A DNA stretch of 64,000 nucleotides, taken from positions 1 to 64,000 of the forward strand of contig CAXBBL010000010.1 of NCBI GenBank assembly GCA_963974215.1, written 5' to 3'. Of the stretch, positions 39,321 through 48,617 are shown one piece after another. The first letter of the stretch is position 1. Each line of letters opens with the position of its first letter. The notes beneath the pieces were generated by a model, which had not been told where the DNA came from, did not search any database, and saw nothing but the letters and a program-made list of their open reading frames with translations. A program made the translations under genes and the position numbers. The stretch comes from an uncultured Schleiferiaceae bacterium. Its GTDB lineage: Bacteria > Bacteroidota > Bacteroidia > Flavobacteriales > Schleiferiaceae.

Positions 39321-39351
39321 ATCCGGAGATGAAAATCTACCGGATTTTTTT
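39321..39351 (+). terminator. Rho-independent terminator after tRNA-Val
   Basis: atccgg...ccggat hairpin (39321-39345) followed by T7. Confidence 0.75.
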
Positions 39352-39830
39352 ATGTCTTTTTGTTGGAGGATAACGATAGATTATGCGCAAAAAAATCTAA
39401 TGTACCACGAGATAAATCCCGTGGCTATCAATATTAGACCTTTCTTAATTTTGGATCTTAATCCCAAAAATGATAGCTTAGATAAATATCAACCATGTCG
39501 AAACCCCGCAGGATTGACATGATTGGCTGAATACACAAACCCGAAATCACCCTTTTTGAAGCATATGAAAAAAACAGTAATAATTGGCTCTTTAAATTTA
39601 TCCTGAGCTTTCTAATCTTAAGTCACTGGCTTAGTGGAGTAGATTTCTTAGGTCTATTACTAAGGTCTATACTAATCACCTTGATCGTTGTTTTTGTTGA
39701 AATTATTACTGTTAGCACATAGGAAAAGCTAAAGTAAAGCTGAAACCATATTAATCCTAACTTGCCCTTGAAGCTTTAATACGTCAAATCCCCAATAGAG
39801 GCTTCGCTAAAAAATCATTAATCCTCTGTC

Positions 39831-40775
39831 CTAGGCATTTGACCCTTTCCTTAATACGCTATAAAATTGCTCCATCACTACCGAATGCGGCAATGTGAGA
39901 GCTGAAATACTAATAAAAATAATCAAAGTCCCGCTCATAGGCAGAAAGGTATAGTAAGACAGTAGTAGCAGAGAACATATACCCAAGAGGCTTAAAATCG
40001 TATAAGGCATCAGTAACCTTACAAAAGAAAGAAAGTTGAAATTGGACAACTTAGATTTTAAAAAGGAAAACTCCTCCTGCAGCACCTCCATAGAATGGAG
40101 CGTCGCAAAATATATACTAAAACCTATCAAGATAGATTGTGTACAAAAAGACAAATGAATCAGGCCTAAGACGAAGAGCTCAACAGCAACATTCTGGAAG
40201 CCGATTCTTCCTGCGAATCGAGTAAAGAAAAGCAGAAAGCAGAGAGTACTAAAAAGGAGTAGGAGTTTAAATACGGGCGACTGAAAAACCACCAACAGCT
40301 GCAATAAATCTTTACTCGCACCACAAATATGGAAAATCTCGACCTGATTATAAACCACAAGTGCCGACAAGATAGAACTGCCCCACAAGAAATAAAGGAG
40401 GGCTTTCATTAAAGCAGGAATACTATTATAAGAGCTTAGTTGAGATTGCCCAAAATGATAGGCAGATAAAATTAAAAACAAAACTAGACCCACTTTCGGG
40501 AACAACAGCCAGATAAAAACAATCAAGATTATCAATGCGAGGTAGAATCCATAAAAGAACAAAGGACTTGCTTTGGTATTCTTAACAAATAAAACATGAT
40601 CAATGGCCCCATGCGGAATACCGACCAGCGCAATTAAAAAAGCAGCCAAAGACACTTGCATCCACGTAGGTATATCTCCTATAATAAGCTGCAAAAGCCA
40701 ATGGAAAACGTTTAAGAAAACAAAAATGGATCTTGGTTTGAGCATAAAAAAAAAGGGGCTACTAGACAGCAGCAC
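39831..40775 (-). CDS. blh: Brp/Blh-family beta-carotene 15,15'-dioxygenase (retinal synthesis)
   Basis: 314 aa. Polytopic membrane protein with His-containing helices (GIPHGAIDH). Sits immediately downstream of the rhodopsin gene, the canonical PR-blh pairing. Confidence 0.7.
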   Translation of the reverse strand: MLLSSSPFFFMLKPRSIFVFLNVFHWLLQLIIGDIPTWMQVSLAAFLIALVGIPHGAIDHVLFVKNTKASPLFFYGFYLALIILIVFIWLLFPKVGLVLFLILSAYHFGQSQLSSYNSIPALMKALLYFLWGSSILSALVVYNQVEIFHICGASKDLLQLLVVFQSPVFKLLLLFSTLCFLLFFTRFAGRIGFQNVAVELFVLGLIHLSFCTQSILIGFSIYFATLHSMEVLQEEFSFLKSKLSNFNFLSFVRLLMPYTILSLLGICSLLLLSYYTFLPMSGTLIIFISISALTLPHSVVMEQFYSVLRKGSNA

Positions 40776-40809
40776 CCCTAATTAGTTTTGTAACTATTTT
40801 AAGACGTGC

Positions 40810-41556
40810 TTATGCTGCCACCTTTTTCTTAGAAGAAACGGCAATGGAATAAACCACTAGGCCAAAACCAATTTTATTTATCGCATCTGCGATATTGTAA
40901 AATAAGTCCACGTTGCTAGACTCCCAGCCTAAACCAGTGTTTAACCAGCCTCCAGGCATACACATATATCCAATCGGATAGATGGCCCAACCTACTAGAA
41001 CAAACCAACCTAAAGTCCGCACACCTGTCTTCACAGATTCGTTGCCACTTTTAGCCGCCAACTTTGCTACTTCACCATACCAGGCTGTATACAAAATGTA
41101 TAAATAGCCCAATGTTGACAGGAAGCCCCACAATACGGAGTGACTTGTGCTACCACCTTCTGGGTTGAAAGCTTCCCCTATGTAGCCAGTTACCAGCATC
41201 CACACTGATGCGAAAATCAGCTTCCATAATAAGCCGAGTTTGGCTCCCGCGGCTTTGGTCAGCAAATAAAATTCAACGCACATTAACGGAACCGTAAGAG
41301 TCCAGTCTATGTAACGCAATGCCGTTGGATTTTCGCCTGTAGCAACGTAATAGTCCCTCATATAATAATAATGGACTGCAGCGATGCCGGTGATTAACCC
41401 CGATACTAGGAGAGAAAGCTTCCACTTTTCATCTACACTACCACGCTCAAAAAAGAAAAAGACTGAGGCCGCTAACATTGCCATATACCCCGTAAAAAAG
41501 GTAAAAGCGATAGGATCGTCCTTTGGAATAACGAGTACATCTAACAACATAGTCAA
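40810..41556 (-). CDS. Proteorhodopsin (light-driven proton pump, DTE motif, Met at tuning position 105)
   Basis: 248 aa. Seven TM helices. RYIDWTLTVPLMCVEFY corresponds to PR RYIDWLLTVPLLICEFY: the D97 acceptor and E108 donor are conserved, and position 105 is M, as in green-absorbing flavobacterial PRs. The retinal Lys lies in ADAINKIGFG. Confidence 0.9.
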   Translation of the reverse strand: MTMLLDVLVIPKDDPIAFTFFTGYMAMLAASVFFFFERGSVDEKWKLSLLVSGLITGIAAVHYYYMRDYYVATGENPTALRYIDWTLTVPLMCVEFYLLTKAAGAKLGLLWKLIFASVWMLVTGYIGEAFNPEGGSTSHSVLWGFLSTLGYLYILYTAWYGEVAKLAAKSGNESVKTGVRTLGWFVLVGWAIYPIGYMCMPGGWLNTGLGWESSNVDLFYNIADAINKIGFGLVVYSIAVSSKKKVAA

Positions 41557-41732
41557 TCAATTTTAATGTTAATTTATTGTTAAACATGACTTAAATGGTT
41601 TTGTTTAAGTTTTACTCAAGAATATTAAACAAAAACTTGTGAAAGAATTTCCAAAGCCCGCAAACCCCTCACTCCGGCTCGAAAAGAGCCGATTTGCTGT
41701 CTCAACATTTTTCCTAGTATTTTCAGTAAATT

Positions 41733-41921
41733 AACGTGAGTTCGACGTAAAGTTAGGCCTCAGACCTCTAGTAAATAGTGGGTTTCAAGCCGAAGCAGGG
41801 AAGCAATAGCGGGCTATTGTGAGCTGCTGAGGCGTGGAAAACCGCTTTTTAGAAGGGGCCTAAACGGATTTTCCAATAAAAATGAAAATCTGAGGCTCTA
41901 ATTTATTGTCGAATTCACGTT
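41733..41921 (+). repeat. MITE-like repeat, copy A (189 bp, ~35-bp imperfect TIRs)
   Basis: Begins aacgtgagttcgacgtaaagttaggcctcagacc and ends gaggctctaatttattgtcgaattcacgtt. The internal hairpin CAATAGC-GG-GCTATTG is conserved. Near-identical to the copies at 48325 and 50554. Confidence 0.8.
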
Positions 41922-42265
41922 AAATTATTACTAATCCACAATTACACTTGGCTGCTTTAGAAAAAATAGAAGCTGTTCTACAGAGCACACGGCTTGACAA
42001 GGGCTAGTCACCAGGAGTGAGCTTGTTTTCCATTTCATTCTTATACCTCCTTACATCCGCTGGTTTTCTAGCCAGTACTTTATCGGCATTTACCAACAAT
42101 TAAATGGAGGCGGTTTTTCGCAAATATTCTTACTTAGTTTTCGATTTTAGCATTTCGCCCTTGCTAAAAATTAGGCTTTACGCGATAATGCTTGGCGTTT
42201 ACATATTGCTGCTAGGTCTTGAGCCATTTTTGGACATCTTGAGCCAAATCTGAAAAACATACCCT

Positions 42266-43237
42266 ATGAAAAAGATGAAAATCTTGAGCTTTAGCGTCCT
42301 AATTCTAAGCCTAGTTGTTTCTGCTTGCACACCAGAAGATGAAACAAAAATTGAGGTGAATTCTGTAAACCCGCCTAACTCAGCAGAAGAGCTAAACAAT
42401 TTTTTTAAAGCAGGACGTAAAGCCTTGCAGACCTATACTTTTGAAGCGAACCAAGCCCAGGAAATTAGAGGTGATGCTGGTACCGTACTTAAAATTCCGG
42501 CGAACGCCTTTGTGCATCCTAGTGGGCAAGCCATTAGTGGCACGGTAGAATTAAGCTTGCGTGAAATGTATAACCCGTCTGCTTTAATTTTCAATAATGC
42601 TCCTACTGTTGCTAACGGCCAAATTTTAAGTAGCGGAGGTTCTTTTGAATTGCAAGTACAGCAAAATGGCGCAGACTTGCGTTTGGCCAATGGCGCCAAG
42701 ATTGGCGTAGAGGTCCCAACCGACAGCTTAGACCCCAACATGGAGCTTTTTGCGACGAATAGCCGTGATACGAACAACCAAGTAGCTTGGCAAGCGCAAA
42801 ACGTAACCGTGATTGATACAACCATTGATACATCTGGTGTAAACCAACGGGTTGACTCGCTTTATGGCTTTCAGCTACGAAGACTTTTCCGTTTTATTAA
42901 TTGCGATTATTTTTATAATGACCCTAGGCCCTTAACCGAGGTTACGATAAGGGTGGGTCCAAACATGACTTTTCAAAATACGCGTGTTTTGGTTTATTTA
43001 CCTAGTATAAATGCAATGGTTCCGGTAAACAACTTTCAATCACCTGATTTTCTTATAAATGGCGGCTACCAAATGCCCGTGGGAATAAATGCCATTTTTA
43101 TTGCTATAAATATTGATAACATGGGCAATTACAATTACGCTATTCAGCAGAATACGATCAGCCAAAATCACTTAGAAGTGATGAACTTTCAGACCATAAC
43201 CCAAGCGCAGCTTACCCAATTACTTAATAATTTATAA
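42266..43237 (+). CDS. Hypothetical lipoprotein
   Basis: 323 aa. Lipobox VVSACTP. No recognisable catalytic motif. Confidence 0.6.
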   Translation: MKKMKILSFSVLILSLVVSACTPEDETKIEVNSVNPPNSAEELNNFFKAGRKALQTYTFEANQAQEIRGDAGTVLKIPANAFVHPSGQAISGTVELSLREMYNPSALIFNNAPTVANGQILSSGGSFELQVQQNGADLRLANGAKIGVEVPTDSLDPNMELFATNSRDTNNQVAWQAQNVTVIDTTIDTSGVNQRVDSLYGFQLRRLFRFINCDYFYNDPRPLTEVTIRVGPNMTFQNTRVLVYLPSINAMVPVNNFQSPDFLINGGYQMPVGINAIFIAINIDNMGNYNYAIQQNTISQNHLEVMNFQTITQAQLTQLLNNL

Positions 43238-43506
43238 GCAAAACACTTGCGCTAATAAAACATAGTTTTACTGCCGATTTACTTACGCAAAAATGGTGCT
43301 TAGCTCATTGCTGATTATCAAATATTTTCCTTCCTATTTTAAACTATAGCGGGCCGCCTTTTCAAAGGTGGCCTGACTTATTTTTACCTCTGGACTATTG
43401 CACGCGATTCTTAGTATCGTACCCAATGTACCTCACTACGGGTAAAAGAATAACTACAATACAATTTGAATAGTCTCGTTAGTAAAATAATTTAAGCCAC
43501 CATTTC

Positions 43507-44295
43507 ATGCAAAAAACTATCTTCACCATGGCGCTTATTCTGAGCGCATTTGGCATCAGCAATTTAACAGCCCAAAACACCGATGACTTTGTGAAATTCA
43601 ACCCCAATTTATGGGTAGCGAAATACGAAGTGAGCAATGAGGATTATAAGGAATTCCTTGGCGATTGGCTGAAAAAGCATGGTCGAGAAGAAACACAAAA
43701 GCTCAAACCCGACTCCGCCCAATGGCGGACGAAACTGGCAAAATCACATAATGAACCGATGTTTGAAAAGTACCACAACCACCCCGCGTACAATAATTAT
43801 CCTGTGGTAAATATTAGCGAAGACGCAGCTGAAAGTTACTGTAAGTGGCTCACCGAAAAATACAACAGCAGCAAAAAGCGCGAATTTAAAAAAGTAATCT
43901 TCCGCTTGCCGACCGAAAAGGAATGGCAATCTTTTTCATCCCCACTCATTGGCAACCGTTTACCTTGGTATGGAAACTTTCCTTACCTCAGCAATGAAAA
44001 CGGACAAATGGACTGCATGCTTACCAATATAAAAATGATAGATTATACTTCTGGAAAATTCCACCACGCGGCCGATGGAGGTTTTTACACAACCAAGATT
44101 GGCGTATACAAAAGCAATAATTTGGGGCTTTTCGACATTATAGGCAATGCCGCCGAAATGACTGGTGACGCTAAAATAAAAGGTGGCAGCTGGGACAACA
44201 CCCTTGAAGAATGCTACATCGACCTTAGCCAAAATTATTCCGCCCCTGACCCTAGGGTAGGCTTTAGGTTGGTAATGGAAGTTATTGAAGCTTAA
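43507..44295 (+). CDS. FGE/SUMF1-domain protein (GldJ-like paralog)
   Basis: 262 aa. Signal peptide. YNNYPVVNIS, RLPTEKEWQ and GNAAEMTGDAKIKGGSWDN are formylglycine-generating-enzyme-fold motifs shared with GldJ. Confidence 0.65.
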   Translation: MQKTIFTMALILSAFGISNLTAQNTDDFVKFNPNLWVAKYEVSNEDYKEFLGDWLKKHGREETQKLKPDSAQWRTKLAKSHNEPMFEKYHNHPAYNNYPVVNISEDAAESYCKWLTEKYNSSKKREFKKVIFRLPTEKEWQSFSSPLIGNRLPWYGNFPYLSNENGQMDCMLTNIKMIDYTSGKFHHAADGGFYTTKIGVYKSNNLGLFDIIGNAAEMTGDAKIKGGSWDNTLEECYIDLSQNYSAPDPRVGFRLVMEVIEA

Positions 44296-44383
44296 CTGGA
44301 AATATAAATTTCCGCCATTGATACCTTTCCCCTTTTCCAAATTAAGGTGATATGGACAATAATTACAACCTGAAATCGATTTA

Positions 44384-44463
44384 AAACTAGGCCTCAGACC
44401 TCTTATTATTTGGGGTTCTTTAGCCGAAGTGGTGAAGCAAGAGCGGGCCATATGACCGAAGCA
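44384..44463 (+). repeat. Degenerate internal fragment of the MITE-like repeat (no TIRs)
   Basis: aaaactaggcctcagacctctt...tagccgaagtggtgaagcaagagcgggccatatgaccgaagc aligns with the interior of copies A-C. Confidence 0.5.
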
Positions 44464-44540
44464 ACACTTTGCTATCTTCAACTAGGAACTTTTCCACTCT
44501 ATAACTCTTAACTAAAGTAATTTAAAAAATAGTCTGAATA

Positions 44541-44571
44541 AAAAAAATGGCCTTAAGAAGAGGCCTTTTTT
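44541..44571. terminator. Bidirectional terminator-like hairpin (A-run / GGCCT-loop-AGGCC / T-run)
   Basis: aaaaaaatggccttaagaagaggcctttttt. Confidence 0.5.
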
Positions 44572-44720
44572 CATGCTTAAGACTTAGTATAAAATCCAAA
44601 ATCGGCATAGAGAAAATGAAGGAAATATACAAGTATTTTCGTTTAAATTATAACATTTAAGAGCGATTTTTACCTTATATTTGAAAATAACCTAATTAAA
44701 ATACATAAAACATCAAAACC

Positions 44721-44993
44721 ATGAGCACCACGAAAGTATTAGCAGGAATTGCAGCAGGCCTAGGTCTAGGTGCAGCAATAGGAGTTTTATTCGCTCCCGA
44801 CAAAGGATCTGAGACTAGATCTAAAATCGCCAACAAAAGCAACGACACCCTCAATGATTTAAAAACGAAATTTTCAAATCTAATGGATGAAATTGCTAGC
44901 ACCATTGAGAAGGAGACAGACGAAGTAAGTCAAGCCTACGACAAAGCCAAATCGAAGGTAAAGGAAATAAGCCAAGAAAAACCTTTAGATTAA
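44721..44993 (+). CDS. YtxH-domain (DUF948-like) small membrane-associated protein
   Basis: 90 aa. N-terminal Gly/Ala hydrophobic helix AGIAAGLGLGAAIGVLFAPDKGSETR followed by a charged helical tail. A TAtaTTTG box at 44676-44683 may be its promoter. Confidence 0.6.
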   Translation: MSTTKVLAGIAAGLGLGAAIGVLFAPDKGSETRSKIANKSNDTLNDLKTKFSNLMDEIASTIEKETDEVSQAYDKAKSKVKEISQEKPLD

Positions 44994-45069
44994 TAAACTA
45001 ATACAAGGCACATTAATTTACCTGATTCACCTCAGCTAGATTAATGTGCTTTTTTTTTGAAATTTTGAA

Positions 45070-45411
45070 ATGGAAAATAACGCCTTCGGATTAGAACCTT
45101 TATTTGAAAAAGCGGAGAATTACGCAAAGACCAATTTTGAACTTTACCGCCTAAAAACAGTTAGTAAAACCGCAAGTATTTCGTCTGCATTAGCTTCACG
45201 TGCTTTAGCTATAATTCTATTCAGCACATTTATAAGCCTCTTGAATATTGGCATTTCTTTGTGGCTAGGAGATTTGCTCGGCAAACTCTATTACGGCTTT
45301 TTCTTCATGGCGGGCTTTTATGGGCTCTGCGGTGGAATCGTTTATTTATTCTTTCACCGATCCCTTAAAAAGCGTATTAGCAATTCTATTATTTCAAGTC
45401 TCTTAAGATAA
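45070..45411 (+). CDS. Small membrane protein (2 TM), conserved partner of YtxH-like genes
   Basis: 113 aa, two hydrophobic helices. The terminator-like hairpin at 45011-45061 lies upstream. Confidence 0.45.
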   Translation: MENNAFGLEPLFEKAENYAKTNFELYRLKTVSKTASISSALASRALAIILFSTFISLLNIGISLWLGDLLGKLYYGFFFMAGFYGLCGGIVYLFFHRSLKKRISNSIISSLLR

Positions 45412-45417
45412 GCTACT

Positions 45418-45810
45418 ATGAAGACAGTTGACGAAACAGAGAAGCTTCAAGCAGCGATCGCCCTTCTAGAAGAAATAAAAAAAGAAGAGGAAGAGCAACT
45501 TAAAGTGCAATTTAAAATAGTTGCAGAAAACTTTAAACCGCTTAACCTAGTAAAAAGTACAATAGATGAAATAATTCATCAACCCAATCTGAAAGAAGAC
45601 GGTCTCGATACCATTATCGGCTTGATAACTGGCTACTTTTCTAAAAAAATATTTTTCGGCTCTACTCACAATCCTTTCAAGCAAATTTTTGGCAGTATTA
45701 TGCAGATGGGAATTGCCAACGTAATTTCAAAAAATGCCGAAGCTATAAGAGTCTTTTTAGGCAGTTTTATTAAAGAGGTTTGGCCTGACAAGAGTAAAGG
45801 TCAATCCTAA
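45418..45810 (+). CDS. Hypothetical protein
   Basis: 130 aa. N-terminal coiled coil, then a hydrophobic segment. Confidence 0.45.
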   Translation: MKTVDETEKLQAAIALLEEIKKEEEEQLKVQFKIVAENFKPLNLVKSTIDEIIHQPNLKEDGLDTIIGLITGYFSKKIFFGSTHNPFKQIFGSIMQMGIANVISKNAEAIRVFLGSFIKEVWPDKSKGQS

Positions 45811-45950
45811 ACAGCACTTTCCTTTAACTTCATCGAGGAAAAAATACAGTTCATCGATTCAACGTAGAAATCTTTTCGTTCATCGATTATTTCTCTTAAT
45901 TCATTGCTCAATTTCGACTTTTGATCCATCGAAACGAAATAATCAATCAG

Positions 45951-47975
45951 ATGAAATACAGAATTCCCACCTTAATAGCCGCTAGTTTTTTAGCCTTCTC
46001 TTGTGCTAAAGATCAAGACCAATCTCCCCTTAGTAACAGCCATACTAATCTCAGTGATGATATCGCTAGTCTGGTGGTTCCGAAAAATTTCTCATTTAAT
46101 ACCGCCCAAGAAATTGAGGCCTCAATTTCTATTAAAAACCTTAAAGATCAACCACTTGCTGGTACTCGTGTTAGTTTTTACACGAATCGCCCTGATCAAG
46201 GTGGTAAATTTTTAGCTGCAGGCATTAGCGATGCAGATGGTATGGTAGAAATGCCCATTCGCATTCCCGCTTATCAAGAAGAGGTATTTGTGCAAGTACA
46301 CAGTATTGGCTTCAACAATCAAGCATTAGTACCTTCCAACCAAAATATCAATTTAAACTTCGGCGGCACTCCAGCAGCACGCAATTTAAACTTTGGTAAA
46401 ACCAGCAGCAGCTCTCCCATCGCTATAAGCGAAAACTACTATTACATGGGTGGTTTTAGCTCTGGCATAAGCTCTGGTCTTCCCAGCTATTTAGAAGCAG
46501 ACCAAGACCCCATTAGTCAAGGCTTATTAAATGATATTAATGCAACATTACCTGAAGGTACTTCTATCCCTAACAGTAACCCCAATCTACTAACTACAGG
46601 CAATGAGTTAGATGTTGTTCTCACAGGAACTAGCGATGTTTGGGTGACCTTTTTAGGAGAAGGGGCGGAATACAGAAACGCTCTGGCCTACTATGTTTTC
46701 GACAGCAACAACCCTCCCGCTAGTCAAAGCGATATCGACTCAATCTTTATCATTCTTCCCAATGCTTCATTAGACGGATCAAAGGGGAAATTACAAGCTG
46801 GTGATAAAGTAAAACTTGGCACTTTCCCTGCTGGAAAAACCATCAGCTGGGTACTATTTCAAAATGCTTTTACTGGTACTAATGTAAATGTAAATGCTAC
46901 AAAATACTTTTCACGTATTGACTTCAACACCATGGAAACCAATGCTAGCTTGCGTCAGCACTCGGTGCAGTTTGTTGATTATTCCCGTGAGCTTTTAATT
47001 AATGGCTTTGAAGACCAAACGCGTTCTGGTCATAGCGACAACGATTTTAACGACCTTATTTTCTACGCCACCGCTAATCCTTGGACTAACGTAGACGTGA
47101 CGGGCGTTCCCCCTATCACTCCTAAGAAAGACTGCGATAACGATGGTGTATCTGATGATGCTGATGACTTCCCCTGTGACGCTAGCCGCGCGATTCGCAA
47201 CACTTACACTGGAACTCTAGCTTACGAAGATCTATGGCCTTCACAAGGAGACTACGACTTTAACGACATGGTAATTGACTATGAAGTTGACCACATCTTA
47301 GACGGAAATAACAAACTGGTATCCGTTGAAGCAGATTGGACCGTAAGAGCAGTTGGTGCAGGTTTTAAAAATGGCTTTGGCTTTGAATTCGAAAACTTAG
47401 CATCTAATGCAATTAACACCGTTAGTGGCCAAGATTTACAAGAAGCGCTAATCAGCCTTAATGGCAATGGCACCGAACAAGGTCAAACCAACGCGACCAT
47501 TATTGCTTTTGACAATGTATTTAATGTAATGCCAAATCAAGGCACTAGATTCATCAATACCATTAAAAACGAAACAACTGTTGCGCCTGCTACCGTGACT
47601 AATGTAATCGACTTTAAAACTCCACAGCTACAAGCTAATATAGGCTTGCCTCCTTATAATGCCTTTATCTTCGCTAATGGCACAAGAGGTCGCGAAATTC
47701 ACTTAGCAGACAAAACTCCTACCGATTTAGCTGATCTAAATCTATTCGGAACCGAAGCCGACGCAAGTGACGCAGGCAGCGAATATTACTACAAAACAGC
47801 AAACGGTTTACCATGGGCAATTAACATTGCTGAAAGCTTTGCCTACCCTGTGGAATACAGCCCGATAAACGATGCTTACAGCTACTTTTCTACTTGGGCC
47901 GTATCTGGCGGCAGCCTTAATACAAACTGGTTTACTGACGAAGCCGGCAACCGTGAAAGCAAATTTATTTACTAG
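45951..47975 (+). CDS. Secreted lipoprotein with Ca-binding Asp-rich repeats (LruC-domain-like)
   Basis: The ORF-track start at 45921 is trimmed to MKYRIPTLIAASFLAFSCAK (lipobox). It contains DCDNDGVSDDADDFPCD and DYDFNDMVIDYEVDH motifs. The terminator at 47999-48035 follows. Confidence 0.55.
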   Translation: MKYRIPTLIAASFLAFSCAKDQDQSPLSNSHTNLSDDIASLVVPKNFSFNTAQEIEASISIKNLKDQPLAGTRVSFYTNRPDQGGKFLAAGISDADGMVEMPIRIPAYQEEVFVQVHSIGFNNQALVPSNQNINLNFGGTPAARNLNFGKTSSSSPIAISENYYYMGGFSSGISSGLPSYLEADQDPISQGLLNDINATLPEGTSIPNSNPNLLTTGNELDVVLTGTSDVWVTFLGEGAEYRNALAYYVFDSNNPPASQSDIDSIFIILPNASLDGSKGKLQAGDKVKLGTFPAGKTISWVLFQNAFTGTNVNVNATKYFSRIDFNTMETNASLRQHSVQFVDYSRELLINGFEDQTRSGHSDNDFNDLIFYATANPWTNVDVTGVPPITPKKDCDNDGVSDDADDFPCDASRAIRNTYTGTLAYEDLWPSQGDYDFNDMVIDYEVDHILDGNNKLVSVEADWTVRAVGAGFKNGFGFEFENLASNAINTVSGQDLQEALISLNGNGTEQGQTNATIIAFDNVFNVMPNQGTRFINTIKNETTVAPATVTNVIDFKTPQLQANIGLPPYNAFIFANGTRGREIHLADKTPTDLADLNLFGTEADASDAGSEYYYKTANGLPWAINIAESFAYPVEYSPINDAYSYFSTWAVSGGSLNTNWFTDEAGNRESKFIY

Positions 47976-47998
47976 AAAAAATTATTTCGATTGATTAG

Positions 47999-48035
47999 AA
48001 GAGCCCAGTGTTATGATTGCACTGGGCTCTTTGCT
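47999..48035 (+). terminator. Rho-independent-like terminator (12-bp stem)
   Basis: aagagcccagtg-ttatgattg-cactgggctctt. Confidence 0.6.
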
Positions 48036-48293
48036 TTAGGTGCTTTCGCAAGATGGCGTAGAAAACCACTGTTTTCAAAAAACAATTTATAGGTGCTTCA
48101 TGCTAAATCTCCGATAACAATTCATCTTTGAATTGATCTTAAATGTCAGACCTACTCTTAAACGAACACATTCGGCCCTTAATCGAATTTAAAAGGATAA
48201 GCCCTTAAATTGAAAGATATTTGAGCATCGAAAAAGGGAAAACCTTTAAGGTAAGCAACATGTCCCTATCTATACCCCTCTATACAGAGAAAG

Positions 48294-48322
48294 ATCCTCG
48301 CCCAAAAGCGAGGATTTTTTTT
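48294..48322 (+). terminator. Orphan rho-independent terminator with no annotated gene upstream
   Basis: atcctcgc-ccaaaa-gcgaggat followed by T7. It sits 2 bp before MITE copy B. The preceding ~260 bp contain no ORF longer than 23 codons. Confidence 0.6.
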
Positions 48323-48324
48323 AC

Positions 48325-48513
48325 AACGTGAGTTCGACGTAAAATTAGGCATCAGACCTCTTGTAAATAGTGGGTTTCAAGCCGAAGCATTGAAGCAATA
48401 GCGGGCTATTGTGAGCTGCGGAGGCGTGGAAAGTCGCTTTTCAGAAGGGGCCTCAACGGATTTTCCAATAAAAATGAAAATCTAAGGCTCTAATTTATTG
48501 TCGAATTCACGTT
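48325..48513 (+). repeat. MITE-like repeat, copy B (189 bp)
   Basis: Same TIRs (aacgtgagttcgac ... gtcgaattcacgtt). Roughly 90% identical to copy A by eye. Confidence 0.8.
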
Positions 48514-48617
48514 TACACAAAATGGGACCTAAAAACTTGTCCCTCTTATTTTGTATGCATTAGTTTCACTGTTAAGAGCATTAAAGCGTAACTTTAATCC
48601 CTCAATGCAATGCAACA

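Noticed and set aside
39020-39522. ORFs 39020..39373 and 39220..39522 (+)
   Set aside because: Both run straight through tRNA-Val and its terminator. Translating a tRNA gene is not credible.
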